DNA of 64,000 bases, from assembly GCF_018350175.1 (NCBI RefSeq), contig NC_058368.1, positions 214,212,001-214,276,000 of the forward strand, given 5' to 3'. Position 1 is the stretch's first letter. Each line of letters starts with the position of its first letter. Origin of the DNA: Felis catus (lineage: Eukaryota). The notes under the pieces were generated by a model, which made no database searches, was not told where the DNA came from, and saw only the letters and a program-made list of their open reading frames with translations. The position numbers were made by a program, and so were the translations under genes. Positions 1 to 12,410 of this stretch are shown here, piece after piece.

Positions 1-1139
1 GCCTACACTTACATCTAGAGAGTAAAATAATTTTCTTCCTTTTGCTAATTCCTCTCTCAATTATAGAATCACTCTATGGGAATAGTGGCAAGCTGGGGTA
101 GGAAACAATATAATAACATATGTTCAAAAATATTTTGGGACTTTGAGAGAATTAACATTTTACAAATTTTGTCAAAAAAAAAAAAAGACGAGGACAAAGA
201 CAAGAAGAGATTATCCTCTGTGTGGGTATAAATGTTCTTTTTAGAATAGACCAGACCTCACCTAGAGCATTCTTTTCCTCTTTAGGTATCACACTTAAAT
301 ACCCCTATTCTCGTTTTGCCCCTGCTTTTGTGTTTCCGCTATACTTTGTAAAACACCTATTAGTACCTTAGCTATACTTTGTTGTTTACATATTCTTTTC
401 ATCTACTAGACTGCATATCACTGAATTATTGAAGGTAGAGCATTTGTCTGTTTCATCATCATTTTATCTCCTTGTGCTTGAAAGTGTGTTTGGTGTTGAC
501 ATGTATAAATAAGTAGAAATTGAGATAAAGTAAAATGGATTCAGTACACAGAAACTGGAGATGGCACATAGACTTAAAGACCATGTTTATATACTAAAGG
601 TAATGGGACTGAAAAGTTTCAAGTAGGCCATGAACACTCTTTAAGTACTTGATGAATTGTCCTACAGAAGAAAATTAGACTGGCTTTTAATATGATGGAA
701 TCTTCAATTATTATCAACTGGTGAAGCCACTGGAAGATATTGAACTTCACTGATTATAAGACACCCATATTTTCATATGGTAACATCTCTGAAATTATGA
801 TGCTTCTTACAATTGACAACGATAAGAAAGCATCATGTCATGGTGTAATTGGCAGTGTCTCTTCTTTCTTAGTGACACATAAAATAATGGTACAGCTTAC
901 TACCATGGGCATCTTAGATCTGATGACATGCAGATGGTAGATTTCAGCTTAACAAATGGAAGAATTTTCAAACTATTAGTGCGGTTCAAGATGAAGGGTA
1001 CTGGCAGCTTCAGGATAGAGATGAAGGCATTCAATCACAGACTAGACAAACACTTGTTTTAAGTGAACTCAAGCATCAAGTTTGGGATTGAATAATCTTT
1101 TACATCTTTGTTAAACCTGAGTTCCTTGAATTTTGACCT

Positions 1140-1235
1140 AACTCTCTTATTTTTGTAGATGAGGAAACAAGGATCATACAGGTTACATGCTTTGTCCAAA
1201 GCCACACATCTCATTAGAGGTCAAGACTGGACTAT
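1140..1235 (-). mobile_element. MIR SINE core fragment
   Basis: Contains ttttgtagatgaggaaac...tgtccaaagccacac, resembling the MIR core. Confidence 0.6.
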
Positions 1236-1344
1236 ACATACCTGCCATTTTCTAATATGAACACACTTTCATTTAATGCTTATCTTTGTTTTCTCTTCAG
1301 GTTTACAATGTAGAAAATGGGTACAGGTAATATTTTTATAAGCA

Positions 1345-1570
1345 ATAATTAACATTACTACATGTATATGATGGGCCATTTACTTGTTCTTTACATGTAT
1401 TATTTAGTCCGTCTGATAGCCTATGTGCTGGGTATTATTATTTTCATTTTCAGATGAGGAAATTGAGGAATGGGAAGTAGAATAATTTGTTCAAGGTCAC
1501 ACAGCTAATATGAGTCAGGTTGAGATTCAAACACACATTTTTGAAGTGTGTTCCTGTACTCTTAATCACT
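1345..1570 (-). mobile_element. MIR SINE
   Basis: attattattttcattttcagatgaggaaattgagg...ttgttcaaggtcacacagcta...gattcaaac matches the MIR core. Confidence 0.75.
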
Positions 1571-2561
1571 AGATAGGGACTTACAGATTCACAAAATTTA
1601 TTGTGTAATCTATAGGCAATGATGTGAAAATCAAAACTTGCCATAGCCAAAACTTTTTATTTTAAGTTAAACATGCTTTGGATGCTACATTACTATCTTC
1701 TTTATTATTTGCCTGAAGATATCTGGATAATGGATTCAGTTCTCTATTGCATTTATGTCCAAACAAAACCTTAAGTGCTTTTGTTAAATTTTAGGGCCAG
1801 CAGGAAGCAAAGAAAATTCGATTCTATTCTTTGCCATGTGTGTACCCAACCCATGCCTACTTCTATTCTCTTTCTATGTGGAAGTACCTTAAAGTTGAGA
1901 AAAAAAGTATTTAACTTATTTCCTGACCTCTGTTTCTTATTCATTGTGGGCCCTTGGCGATCGGTGAAGATACGTTGACTCTTACTGGTCTTTTTTGAGG
2001 AGAGCTATCTTTGTGTGCCTCTGGCCCCTCAGTGTCAGTCTTTATTTCTCAAAAAGGAATTCTTCATAGAGGATGCAGGCAGAATTCTTGGTCACAGCTG
2101 AGGTCTCCTCATTGCCCCCTGGGATACTGTACTTATTAGCTATCTTACAAGGAAAAATAAAACTGGAGAAAAAGCTGCCGATCGTCAGTTGGTAAGGAAA
2201 TTTTTAAAGGACCTTAGTTAAGTTCCTTTTGGAGGTATCTTTTCAGACATCATAGTATTCAGAATCTTAAAAAAAATTCTCACATGCTGGTGATTTACTG
2301 AAAAAATGTGTAGTCCTGGCCAAGCCCTTTTCTCTTGGCCTTAGTTTATTTATCTGTAAAATTAAGGCAATGAAGTAGTTTTCTACTCCAGTTTCTGCAA
2401 GTCTTTTCTTTACATGTTGCTATTTTGTTTGTGGCCACTAGGGGGACAAAGAGCAGACCTTTCTATTGAAACTTACTTCCCATTACTAATTTGGAATAAT
2501 GTCCTTGCAGAACAACCATAGAGAAAGTGGATTTTTCTTAGTGAGCGAACATTTTAAAATG

Positions 2562-2772
2562 TTTTTTAAAAAATGTTTATTTATTTATTTTGAGACAGAG
2601 AAGGAGAGAGTGCAGGCTGAAGAAGGTCAGAGAAAGAAGGAAAGAGAGAATCCCAAGCAGGTTCCATATTCAGTGTAGAGCTGATATAGGGCTCTGTCTC
2701 ACAACCGTGAGATCATAACCTGAGCGGAAGTCAAGAGTCAGAGGCTTGACTGACTCAGCCACCCAGGCACCC
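2562..2772 (-). mobile_element. Can-SINE, older carnivore subfamily
   Basis: T-rich tail, (AG)n region, tcaagagtc, and an end at ctcagccacccaggcaccc (reverse complement of the tRNA-derived head). Confidence 0.9.
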
Positions 2773-2875
2773 TGAGACCTCAAATATTTTTAAAATGCCT
2801 TTTATTAATTCTTATTAAACTGTGTTATGAACTAGTACTTCTTTGTAAAATTTGAGAATTTGTGGAAAATGATTG

Positions 2876-3334
2876 TATTAGTCTCTCCTTATCTGTGGGG
2901 AATGTGTTCCAAGATCCTCAGTGGATGCCTCAGATAATACTGAACCCTAAATGTACTATGTTTTTCCTATTCATACGTACCTATGATAAAGTTTAATTTA
3001 TAAATTAGATTCAGTAAGGGATTAACGATAGTAACTAATAATAAAATAGAACAATTATAATAGTATGCGATAATAAAAGTTATGTGAATATGGTCTTTAT
3101 TTCAAAGTATCTTATTGTCCTGTATTTATCCTTCTTCTTGTGATGATATGAAATGATAGAATGTGTATGTGATGAGATGAAGTGAGGTGAATGATGAAGG
3201 CATTGTGATGTAGTGTTGGGCCACTGTTGACTTTCTGACAATATATCAGGAGGATCATCTGCTTCCGGACTGCAGTTAACTGTGGGTAACTGAAACCATG
3301 GAAAGCAAAACCTAAGATAAGGAATGAACTACTG
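2876..3334 (-). mobile_element. MER44-type (Tigger7-derived) non-autonomous DNA transposon
   Basis: Degenerate TIRs (tagtctctccttatc / gataaggaatgaactactg) with TA at the right end. Internal gttccaagatcctcagtggatgcc and gtaactgaaaccatggaaagc match the recalled MER44 consensus. Confidence 0.8.
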
Positions 3335-3441
3335 TATTACTCTTTCTATAACCAGTAAAGTCTTTTAAGAATAATCATGTATCTCCATGAACATTACCAT
3401 GTAGGAGATTTCACTAAGCACATTAAAAACATGAGCCTTTT

Positions 3442-3650
3442 GGGGCGCCTGGGTGGCTCATTCGGTTAAGCGTCCGACTTCAGCTCAGGTCATGATCTCA
3501 CAGCTTGTGGGTTTGAGCCCTGCATTGGCTCTGTGCTGACAGCTCAGAGCCTAGAGCCTGCTTTAGATTGTGTGTCTCCCTCTCTCTCTGCCCCTCCCCC
3601 ATTGTGCTCTGTCTCTCTCTCTCTCAAAAATATATAAACATTAAAAAAAA
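3442..3650 (+). mobile_element. Can-SINE (felid SINEC_Fc-like)
   Basis: ggggcgcctgggtggctca head, (CT)n, A tail. Perfect TSD ttaaaaacatgagcctttt at 3423-3441 and 3651-3669. Confidence 0.96.
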
Positions 3651-3817
3651 TTAAAAACATGAGCCTTTTGAGAAGTATCACAAGCCACAATATTTTAGCA
3701 ACACAGGTACAGACGCTTAAAGGATATTTTGAAAATTTTTAGTGGTTATCAAAGTTAGTAGTAATTAGTTAATATTTTCAGAAATGAAAGCAGCACAAAT
3801 AAGAAATATTTAATAGC

Positions 3818-4436
3818 ATGGGAATGCAAGCTGGTGCAGCCACTCTGGAAAACAGTACTGAGGTTCCTCAAAAAACTAAAAATAGAACTACCCTACGACT
3901 CAGCAATTGCACTACTAGGTATTTATCCAAGGGATACAGGTGTGCTGTTTCGAAGGGACACGTGCACCCCAATGTTTATAGCAGCACTATCAACAATAGC
4001 TAAAGTATGGAAAAAGCCCAAATTTCCATTGATGGATGAATGGATAAAGAAGATGTGGTGTATATATATAATGGAGTATTACTCGGCAATCAAAAAGAAT
4101 GAAATCTTGCCATTTGCAACTATGTGGATGGAAGTGGAGGGTATTATGCTAAGTGAAATTAGTCAGAGAAAGACAAATATCATATGACTTCACTCATATG
4201 AGGACTGTAAGAGACAAAACAGGTGAACATAAGGGAAGGGAAACAAAAATAATATAAGAACAAGGAGGGGGACAAAACAGAAGAGACTCATAAATATGGA
4301 CAACAAACAGAGGGTTACTGGAGGGGGTGTGGGAGGGGTGAGGCGCTAAATGGGTAAGGGGCATTAAGGCATTTACTTCTGGAATCATTGTTGTACTATA
4401 TGCTAACTAATTTGGATGTAAATTAAAAAAAATAAA
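3818..4436 (+). mobile_element. 5'-truncated LINE-1 (carnivore/felid type): ORF2 C-terminus plus 3' UTR
   Basis: ORF 3834-4187 (QPLWKTV.RFLKKLKIELPYD.AIALLGIYP...DEWIKKMW) is the L1 ORF2p C-terminus, followed by a 3' UTR and A-rich tail. Confidence 0.95.
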
Positions 4437-4472
4437 ATTTAATTGCAAAGTTGAAAGGGAACTCCATGTTTT

Positions 4473-4695
4473 TTTTTTTATTATTTTTTTTTCAACATTT
4501 ATTTATTTTTGGGACAGAGAGAGACAGAGCATGAACGGGGGAGGGGCAGAGAGAGAGGGAGACACAGAATCGGAAACAGGCTCCAGGCTCCGAGCCATCA
4601 GCCCAGAGCCCGACGCGGGGCTCGAACTCACAGACCGCGAGATCGTGACCTGGCTGAAGTCGGACGCTTAACCGACTGCGCCACCCAGGCGCCCC
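4473..4695 (-). mobile_element. Young SINEC_Fc-type Can-SINE
   Basis: CpG-rich intact body. Perfect TSD gggaactccatgtttt at 4457-4472 and 4696-4711. Confidence 0.97.
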
Positions 4696-4819
4696 GGGAA
4701 CTCCATGTTTTATACTGGAAAGATGCATAGTACACAATAATCTTTAAAAGCAATTTAAGAGCTATTTTTTACTGAACACTTACTATGTGTCAGGCAATGC
4801 ATTAAAAGCTTTTATTCAT

Positions 4820-5405
4820 TTGTGTTTTAGATTCCACATAAGTGAAATCATATGGTATTTGTCTTTCTCTGTTTAACTTCACTTAGCATAATACCTTCTA
4901 GATTTATCCACGTCATCACAAATGGCAAGGTTTTATTCTTTTTTATGGCTAATATTCCAGTGTGTGTGTGTGTGTGCGTGTGCATGCACGTGTGCGTGTG
5001 TGTTGTGTGCATGCAAATGTGCATGTGTGTGTGTGTGTACTTGCACGCGCACACATTTTCTTTATCCACTCATCTGTCAATGAGCCCTTGGGTTGCTTCC
5101 ACATATTGGCTATCCAGAGAACAAACTGGTGGTTGCCAGAAGGGAGGTGAGTTGGAGGAATGGGTGAAATAGGTAAAGAGGATTAAGAAGTTACAAACTT
5201 CCAATTATAAAGTAAATAAGTCACAGAGATGAAAAGTAAAGCAGAGGGAATAACAGTCAATAATATTGCCATGATGTTGTATGGTGCCAGATGGTGACTG
5301 TACTTATCATGGCGCACGTTGAACAATGTATAGAATTGATGACTCACTGTGTTGCATACCTGAAACAAATATAACGTTGTATGTCAACTATACTTCAATA
5401 ATAAA
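4820..5405. mobile_element. 5'-inverted LINE-1 (minus arm about 4820-5113, plus arm about 5114-5405) inserted in a MIR
   Basis: Minus arm encodes the ORF2 end (IKKNK.LPF..TWINLEGIMLSE) and plus arm is 3' UTR plus A tail. TSD aaaagctttt(a/g)ttcat at 4804-4819 and 5406-5421. Confidence 0.9.
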
Positions 5406-5969
5406 AAAAGCTTTTGTTCATCCTATTTTGATTCTGTCAGCAACTCTGTAGAGTAGTTACTTTATCATGCCCATATGTAAATGGAGAGTTAGGGTTTCAT
5501 TACCGTGCCTGTTACACTTCTGGCCTGTACTTTTACACTCCTGTACATACTTGTACCAACCAACTGTATCGCTGCCCATTGGTAATAGCCTATGTTATAT
5601 TGTCCTTTCTTAATTATAAATTGCTTCATGTTAACTACTGCTTTCCATGTTTACTACAGTTATTTTTAGAAGAGGGTGCGTTTGTTATTAGCCTTTGTGT
5701 TTTCGGGCGGAGCACACAAATTCAGAAAGGTTAAGAGTCCTGAACAAAAATCTACAGTTTGACTTCAACAGAATGCATTTAGAAACAAGAATATTTTATC
5801 TTCAACTATTAGAACCAGAATCTGGAATGGCACGAAAATTTCTACTTTCTGAGCTCTTGATTTTGCAAAGCTTATGCTTATAGTCTGGTTGTCTCTAACT
5901 TAAAGCCAAGACCATAAAATTTTCAGAGAACTTGAAATTTCTCATTTTTGAACATCAATAATCACCCGA

Positions 5970-6165
5970 TGTATCAAATGCTTATTATGTGCCAGTAACT
6001 CCAGTCAGTACTTTTTAAGTTGCCTTGTTTGATTCCTCATGAAAACTTTATAAAGTCAGTATTTATCCCATTATATAGATGAGGAACATGAACTTCAAAG
6101 AGATATAGTAACTTATCCAAGGCCGCATAGTCAGCAAATAGTTGGATTTGAACCCAAATCTTAGG
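5970..6165 (-). mobile_element. MIR SINE
   Basis: cttattatgtgccag...cccattatatagatgaggaac...cttatccaaggccgcatag...gatttgaacccaaatct. Confidence 0.75.
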
Positions 6166-6779
6166 TGTGACTTGAATTCCACATACATATTGAGGTTCAA
6201 GGTATCATATTTGTTTGAAATGGCTGCAGTGGCACTTTCTATTCTTGACTATAAATATGACCCAAGTTGCAACTGGTGAGACAGAAATCCTCTGGCTTTA
6301 CGTGGAGGTGAAGAGGTATATGCAATGGGAGAGGAGGATGAGGTTTCTGTTGGTGTATTTTGCAAAATGCGATCATTTTTACTGAAGAATAAGGCAGAGC
6401 TATCCTGTGCCTGGAGTGGTTGGCTCTGAGCAGTGGATCATGGTCGTTGGAATGTAAGCACTGTCTACTGGTGCGATAATATCCAGTTAGTCTGTTAGTG
6501 TTCCAACCACCCCCAGTACTAGGTGGTAAAATCTTCTTGTCTCCTGCTGATCCTCACAGCTTAGCCCTTTAGTTTTAAAACTTCATTTCACTTTTTGTTC
6601 CTTTGGATATAATACTTGCTTAAAGTGAGAGGAGAAGGAAGCACAAAGCCTGCCTTCCTCAGTCCCCTTAGCCTCTTTGAGATGCTCCTGGAAGGGGTGG
6701 AGTGGGGGGAGAGTTTTGATAAGATTATCTAGAAGTTCAAAATTAAATTGATGATCCTTCTTCAGAAGGTTTCATTTTA

Positions 6780-7020
6780 TTTTTTTTTATTTTTTTTTAA
6801 ATCTTTTTTTTAACATTTATTTATTTTTGAGACAGAGAGAGAGAGAGAGAGCACATGAACAGGGGAGAGTCAGAGAAAGAGGGAGACACAGAATCTGAAA
6901 CAGGCTCCAGGCTCTGAGCTGTCAGCACAGAGCCTAATGCGGGGCTCGAACCCACAGACCACGAGATCATGGCCTGAGCCGAAGTCGGACGCTTAACCGA
7001 CTGAGCCACCCAGGCGCCCC
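6780..7020 (-). mobile_element. Can-SINE (SINEC_Fc-like)
   Basis: Full body. Perfect TSD agaaggtttcatttta at 6764-6779 and 7021-7036. Confidence 0.96.
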
Positions 7021-10000
7021 AGAAGGTTTCATTTTAAATAACTGATGACACTCATAAAGTTAGAACAAGAAATAGTACCATGTTATAATGCCCCTTTACT
7101 ATTCTTTGTTTTTTCTTTGCTGGTATATTTCATCTGTGACAATTTGTCCTGAGCATTTTGGATAAGTACATGCAAGTTATATTGTGAGCTTAAGATTGTA
7201 GTTACATTTGTTATTTTTATTTGTGCATTTATTTATAAATGCATGTAGCTTTCATGTAAGTTTTATTGAAACTTACTTGAAATAACATCTTTGCAATGAA
7301 GACTAGTAGATTCTTGAAGTGTGACTTGTTTCATGCACATGTGTAGTCAGACCCCTGCCCCTGCTCCTGTACTTAGGACTTTCCCATAAAATTCTAAATA
7401 TGGCAGAATGATTGAGGGAACTTGAATTATTTGCATAAGTATTGTAAGACTGCGTTTAACTGTGATATTCTACTATGAGTCCTTGCTATCTCTTCCTTCC
7501 TTTTCCTCCTGCTTGGAGAATCTAAGCTACCCAAAAAGAAAAATGATTATGTGATTATGATACCATAGCCAAGTGGTTATGGTGTATCTTACTAGAACAT
7601 TTTTGGGCACATATCTTATTCCCCTAGCTTTCGTATGGCTCGTGATTACAAACATACAGAGTTCTTGAAGATTGATTAGACGTTAAAAATGCAGCATCCT
7701 TTTGCATTTCTAAATGAAAATCGTTAGAACAGGCTATTAAAAATGGCAGGAAAGTACATAGCCTATCGGGTGAAACATTTAAATTCAGATTTTTCTGGTG
7801 CAAGTTTTTATGGTGGAAACCGTGTGAGAAATATGACTTAGTTCACACCTCCTTTGAATCCCTCTGCATGTTGCTGCCTCTGCAGCGTTTTACTAAAAAG
7901 TTACAGTGACTTCAGTGAGATTCTGTGATAAGCTGAACTCCTCACAGCTTGAACCTTTTCTGACTTTGTAGTGAAAACCACTGTTGTTGAGTGGAACACA
8001 GGTTGCTGGTGGCCCTGCTGGACCTGGCATTCGACCCAAATGCCTCATGTTTATTCCTTGCTGCCTTGTGTCTCCATCTGATTGCCCTTCTGATGCGTGC
8101 CTCTGAGCATATACTTGGGTGGGATACTATTTTGGGGTTCAATATCTAAAAACAGAGCTTAGTGGTCTGGATCTTCCCATAGAACAGATTTCCTGTTTTG
8201 TGGTTTGCCCTCTCAGAGTTGAGACTGATGTAAAGATGCTGATGGGTTTTAGAGGCTGGCCTCTTGGGATGTGGCAGCTTGCCACGATGCCATCAGTTGA
8301 GACTAATGATTGTACAGAATTCTCATGAAGCAGATGGCTACTAACCACAATATTAATATTATTTTGCTTTGTACATTTAGAAAAAAATCATTTCCACAGT
8401 TGCAAAGAAAAACCTCGTTTGGATTTTATAAAGAATGATCTGCAACAGAAATAACATGCTGTCAGGACCTGTTTTATATGCTTTCATTATCAGTGACAAA
8501 TTGTGATATTAATTCTATAGCAAATTTGTGCTTGGGATTTTAGCATTTCTCTGAGCCATTTCCTTTCTCTGCATAGCTAGCTGTAGAATAAAATGCTGTG
8601 AATTTTACCTTGGAGGGATCAACAGCTGGATTTAAATGTTACCTCCGTAATTTGCTTAGAGATACTATTGTTTATAAATTTGAAGAGTGGATATCCTTTG
8701 ACAGGATTCAGAATGAAGTCTGGGCTTGAGGTAATTGCTTAGATAATCCAGGTAGCAGAGACACTTCTGCCTGGATTCCCCCAGTAACGTAGCCAAAACA
8801 AAAGAAATTTATTTCTGTTTGAATTAGTCAGGTAATTACTTCTGTGCTGTGCTTTGCTTTGCTGATGACATTCTGGTTTGTACGTGTTGGGAGACGTGAT
8901 GGTACAGTCAAGTTCATGTTGATGGAATGGCTGTCCTGTGTGACCTGTGTATTCAGCCATGGGGTGCCAGTCATGATTTTATTTTGATCAGTGTTCTGGA
9001 CCTTCTGTAATGCTATTTTCAGGAGATCTCACAGACAAAGGTAACTCAGGAATGCCTAATATTAGGGCATTAGGGAATTTAGCATGACTTTGCCTCCAGC
9101 ACAAGAATTTTAAAATTTGGAACACAAGAGTGAAATGGGACACTTGGCAGTGGTGTGCACCAGTTTCCTGTTCATCTCTCACAGTCGTGAAGCCCAGCAT
9201 AGCAGACACGATTCACTGTGTGTGTGGTTTTTTGTTTTTTTGTTTTTTTTAAATACACCAAGTGTTTGGAAATGGCTTTGTACCTGTTTGGTTTTTTGAC
9301 TTTCTTATTCTTGTGAAGTTCTTAAAACATAATGTAAAAAAGGAAGGAGAAAAAACCCACTTTTTGGATCTTGTAGCCTAATAAGAAGGATATAAAATGA
9401 TAAAAAGATAGGAAATGGCTAATGAGTAAGAGAAGAAAATCACATCTTTTTGAGGAAAGGGTTGGGAGTGAGACATAGTGAGGGGGATGAGAATCATGTT
9501 CCACTTAGAAGGTCTACTTTGAACTCTTGCTAATTTAGTTCCAAATCCAAAATAGGGAAAGTAAAGGCTTCCGCAGTATCCAAGTGACTGTTTCTTAACA
9601 AACCATCCTTAATTATACTAGACATCTAGTTTTTGATCACTTAGCAGTTTTGCAGCAATAAATTAAAAGGACAGAGGGTGACATGATGTTAGATGGAAGT
9701 TTAATGACAGTGCAAATGACAGCTGACCTTGAATGGAAAGATAACCACCACTGCAAAGAAGCAGACATTGAGGGTATTATAGCAGAAATACTCTGACGTA
9801 TCCTCAGGAAGATGATTCTGCAATTCAAGAAAAGTTACATGATAGTCACTTTCCCTTAGAAAGCTAGGAATGGTTTCTTTTAGAAGCTGATGAATGAGTT
9901 AATGATGACATTTGGCATATGAATAGGTTTGCTTCAATAATTTGGAAACTTCATTTCTGTGGAATAGTGGATTCCCAGTGATGCAGTTCATTAGGTGTCT

Positions 10001-12199
10001 TTGCATTTGAGTTGGGTCATATCAAATCAAATACTCTATCCCTCTCTGGGTAGTAATGATTCAAGGAACACTGGTGTGGGCCAAATATCTGAAATTATTC
10101 ACTTGGTGATTCATTCCTTTGGGCCTTGAGGGCATTTTCATTTCCACAAACCTCCCATTTAAATTAAAATGCCTATAGGTCAAATACCTGTACCCTGGTA
10201 ATCCATGGGTATTACATTTAATAGATTACTCTGACAGCTAGACACTGTGAGAATTTCACACAGGATGGGCACTTATTCATTTCCTGAGCTAAAACTATCT
10301 CCATATTTTGGATACTGAGGAAAAGACTTTGAAAGCAGACTCAGCTTATTTCAGTTCTGTAACATAGCTGCTCAACTTTCATTTTCACTTTCCTAGGGAA
10401 TAGACATCTTCTAAGCTTGCTGCACTGGAAACTCCATCTATGGGGCTAGGCGTAGCTGACGAAATACTTGGTCAGTCTTTCTGACGATATGACAAGCTTG
10501 CTGAGCTAATGGTAACTACAATTGCAAAAATAAACTTCGCAATTAAATGGCATTGAGTTACATGTAAGGAAGGACGGCTCAAGGAAGATCAGCAATGTTG
10601 CAGAAATTAGGTGGGGAAATAATAAACGCATGCAACTCCAGCTAACCTACACTTATATGGGCCACGATGCTTCTGGTTAGTAATAACAAGAGAGAAGAGC
10701 TGGAGGCCGCAGAAGGGGTGAAGGAGAAGCTGTGGCTGTAGCAAGTGTGGAAATCAAGCTAGTGGCCAGGTGGCCCACCTTGGTTGGAGACAGCACCAAC
10801 GATAGGCACTACCAGCTTCTCTTCCAAGTGGGAAAACATTTTGTAGGAAGATTGCTTAGCTTTAGGGCAATCATCCATCCTACTTTGCCTTGGATGGTTC
10901 CAGTGTGTGCCTGTTATACTGGTTTAATTATCGATAGGGCCTTATTTTACTGTCAGTGTTCTGGATGGGACATTAAATAATTACATGGTTACTCTGCTTA
11001 ATTTTGAGTAAAACAGGAGAGAAAATAAGAAGCCTATTTTGGAACTGATCATTTACAGATAACCTTATTCACAATCTCTTCCTTACAAGCAAAGTAATAA
11101 AAACGCACCTGACAGTCATAAGTCTCGTTTCCTACCTAGTAAAGAAATGACATCAAACTCTACAGCAACTTCAACCTTCTCCCCCTACTGCCTTTATGTT
11201 TTATGGAGCCACCTATGTTCACTGTGAAGTTGAGAATAACTAGGCAAAGACGAACATTTCGGATGAGAAATGTAGAAATAAACAATGCTGCACTTCTGAG
11301 TTTTTTTTTTCCAGAGTGTATCAGCCAGGAGTGGGAGGGGAAAGAGTGAAGTCCTAGGAATCTGTCCAGAGGAATGTTACTACTCCCAAACCATCAGCCT
11401 GCTGCTTCTGCCTCTGTAGCGCTCTTCCCCCGGCAGCCCACCCCATACCGCTAGCTGGGGAGGTTATTAGAATGAGTTTATCATCCTCTGGTAGTCGTTA
11501 ACACTGACTGCAGTGGACTGTAAATTTTTTACACTCTTTATGAGTGGGTCTGGAAAGCAGTTTCAGAATTTTTCAAAGTGACTTTTGGGGGAAATATTCA
11601 TTATACCAGGGACATATCCTTACGAACAAGAAGAACATGAAGGTCTGTCTCTCGGTAGTCACAGAATTGCTTTTAGGGTGTTTCTGTGTTAAAAATCCCT
11701 ACTTACTAATTTTATTTTCACTTTCTTGTGTAATATTAGTATTCCTTTACCATTCACTCTTGGAATATGTTGGTTGTATGCCTTCTCCTTGGTGAAGGCC
11801 ATTGAGAAATTTCTGAGTATTGTGCTCGCCTAATTGGACCAGGTCTTCTTGCATTTTTGGTGTCTGATCATTACCTTCTTTCTCTGTGCCTTATTTTTTG
11901 TCCCTACCATGAAGATACTCTTGAGGAAAAGTTTGAAGGTCAAACGGGATTCCACAGGCGGTAGTACAAACAGCTAGGAAAGTATGGCAGGTGTGAGGGG
12001 GGCACATGCAGTAGGGGGTGAAATGAAAAGGAAGAACTTAAGATCATACAGTGGAATGAAGAAATGCAGTCCTTAGAGACCCAGTACTGGGAAGTAGGCA
12101 TGAAGAGAACAGTGGGTTAGTGGGATATTCTAATAAGCAGGAGGGGAGCATAAGCCTCAGCAGAACTGATGTGGTGGCTGGAATCTGAAAACCAATATA

Positions 12200-12410
12200 G
12201 TATAGAGGCCTGTATCTAAATTTTATTAGCATGTCTCCCTAATAGCTGTGTGACTTTAAGCAAGTTTCTTAATGTCTCTTTGCTTCAGTGTCTTCATCTT
12301 AAACTGGAGAGAAATATACTATTTAACAGAGTTCACTGAAGGATTGTGTGAATCTACGTAAAGAGCTTAGAAAAGTCACAGGCACATTATGAGCATTCAT
12401 AATGTTGGGA
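12200..12410 (+). mobile_element. MIR SINE
   Basis: tagctgtgtgactttaagcaagtttcttaatgtctctttgcttcagtgtcttcatct...ggcacattatgagcattcataatgtt. Confidence 0.8.

Noticed and set aside
1301..1326. Possible plus-strand 26-nt micro-exon (ttttctcttcag|...CAG|gtaata)
   Set aside because: It lies between MIR fragments, is not frame-preserving, has no partner exons, and such motifs arise often by chance.
3442..3520. tRNA-like A/B-box sequence as a tRNA gene (also in the other SINE heads)
   Set aside because: It continues into the SINE body, (CT)n and A tail with TSDs, so it is not a tRNA gene.
3834..4187. 117-aa ORF as a host gene
   Set aside because: It is the C-terminal fragment of L1 ORF2p in a truncated LINE.
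4492..4737. Recurrent ORFs GQRETEHERGRGRERGRHR / GWRSRLSVRLQPGHDL (also near 19.4, 39.5 and 56.9 kb) as a repeated gene family
   Set aside because: They are chance translations of Can-SINE copies.
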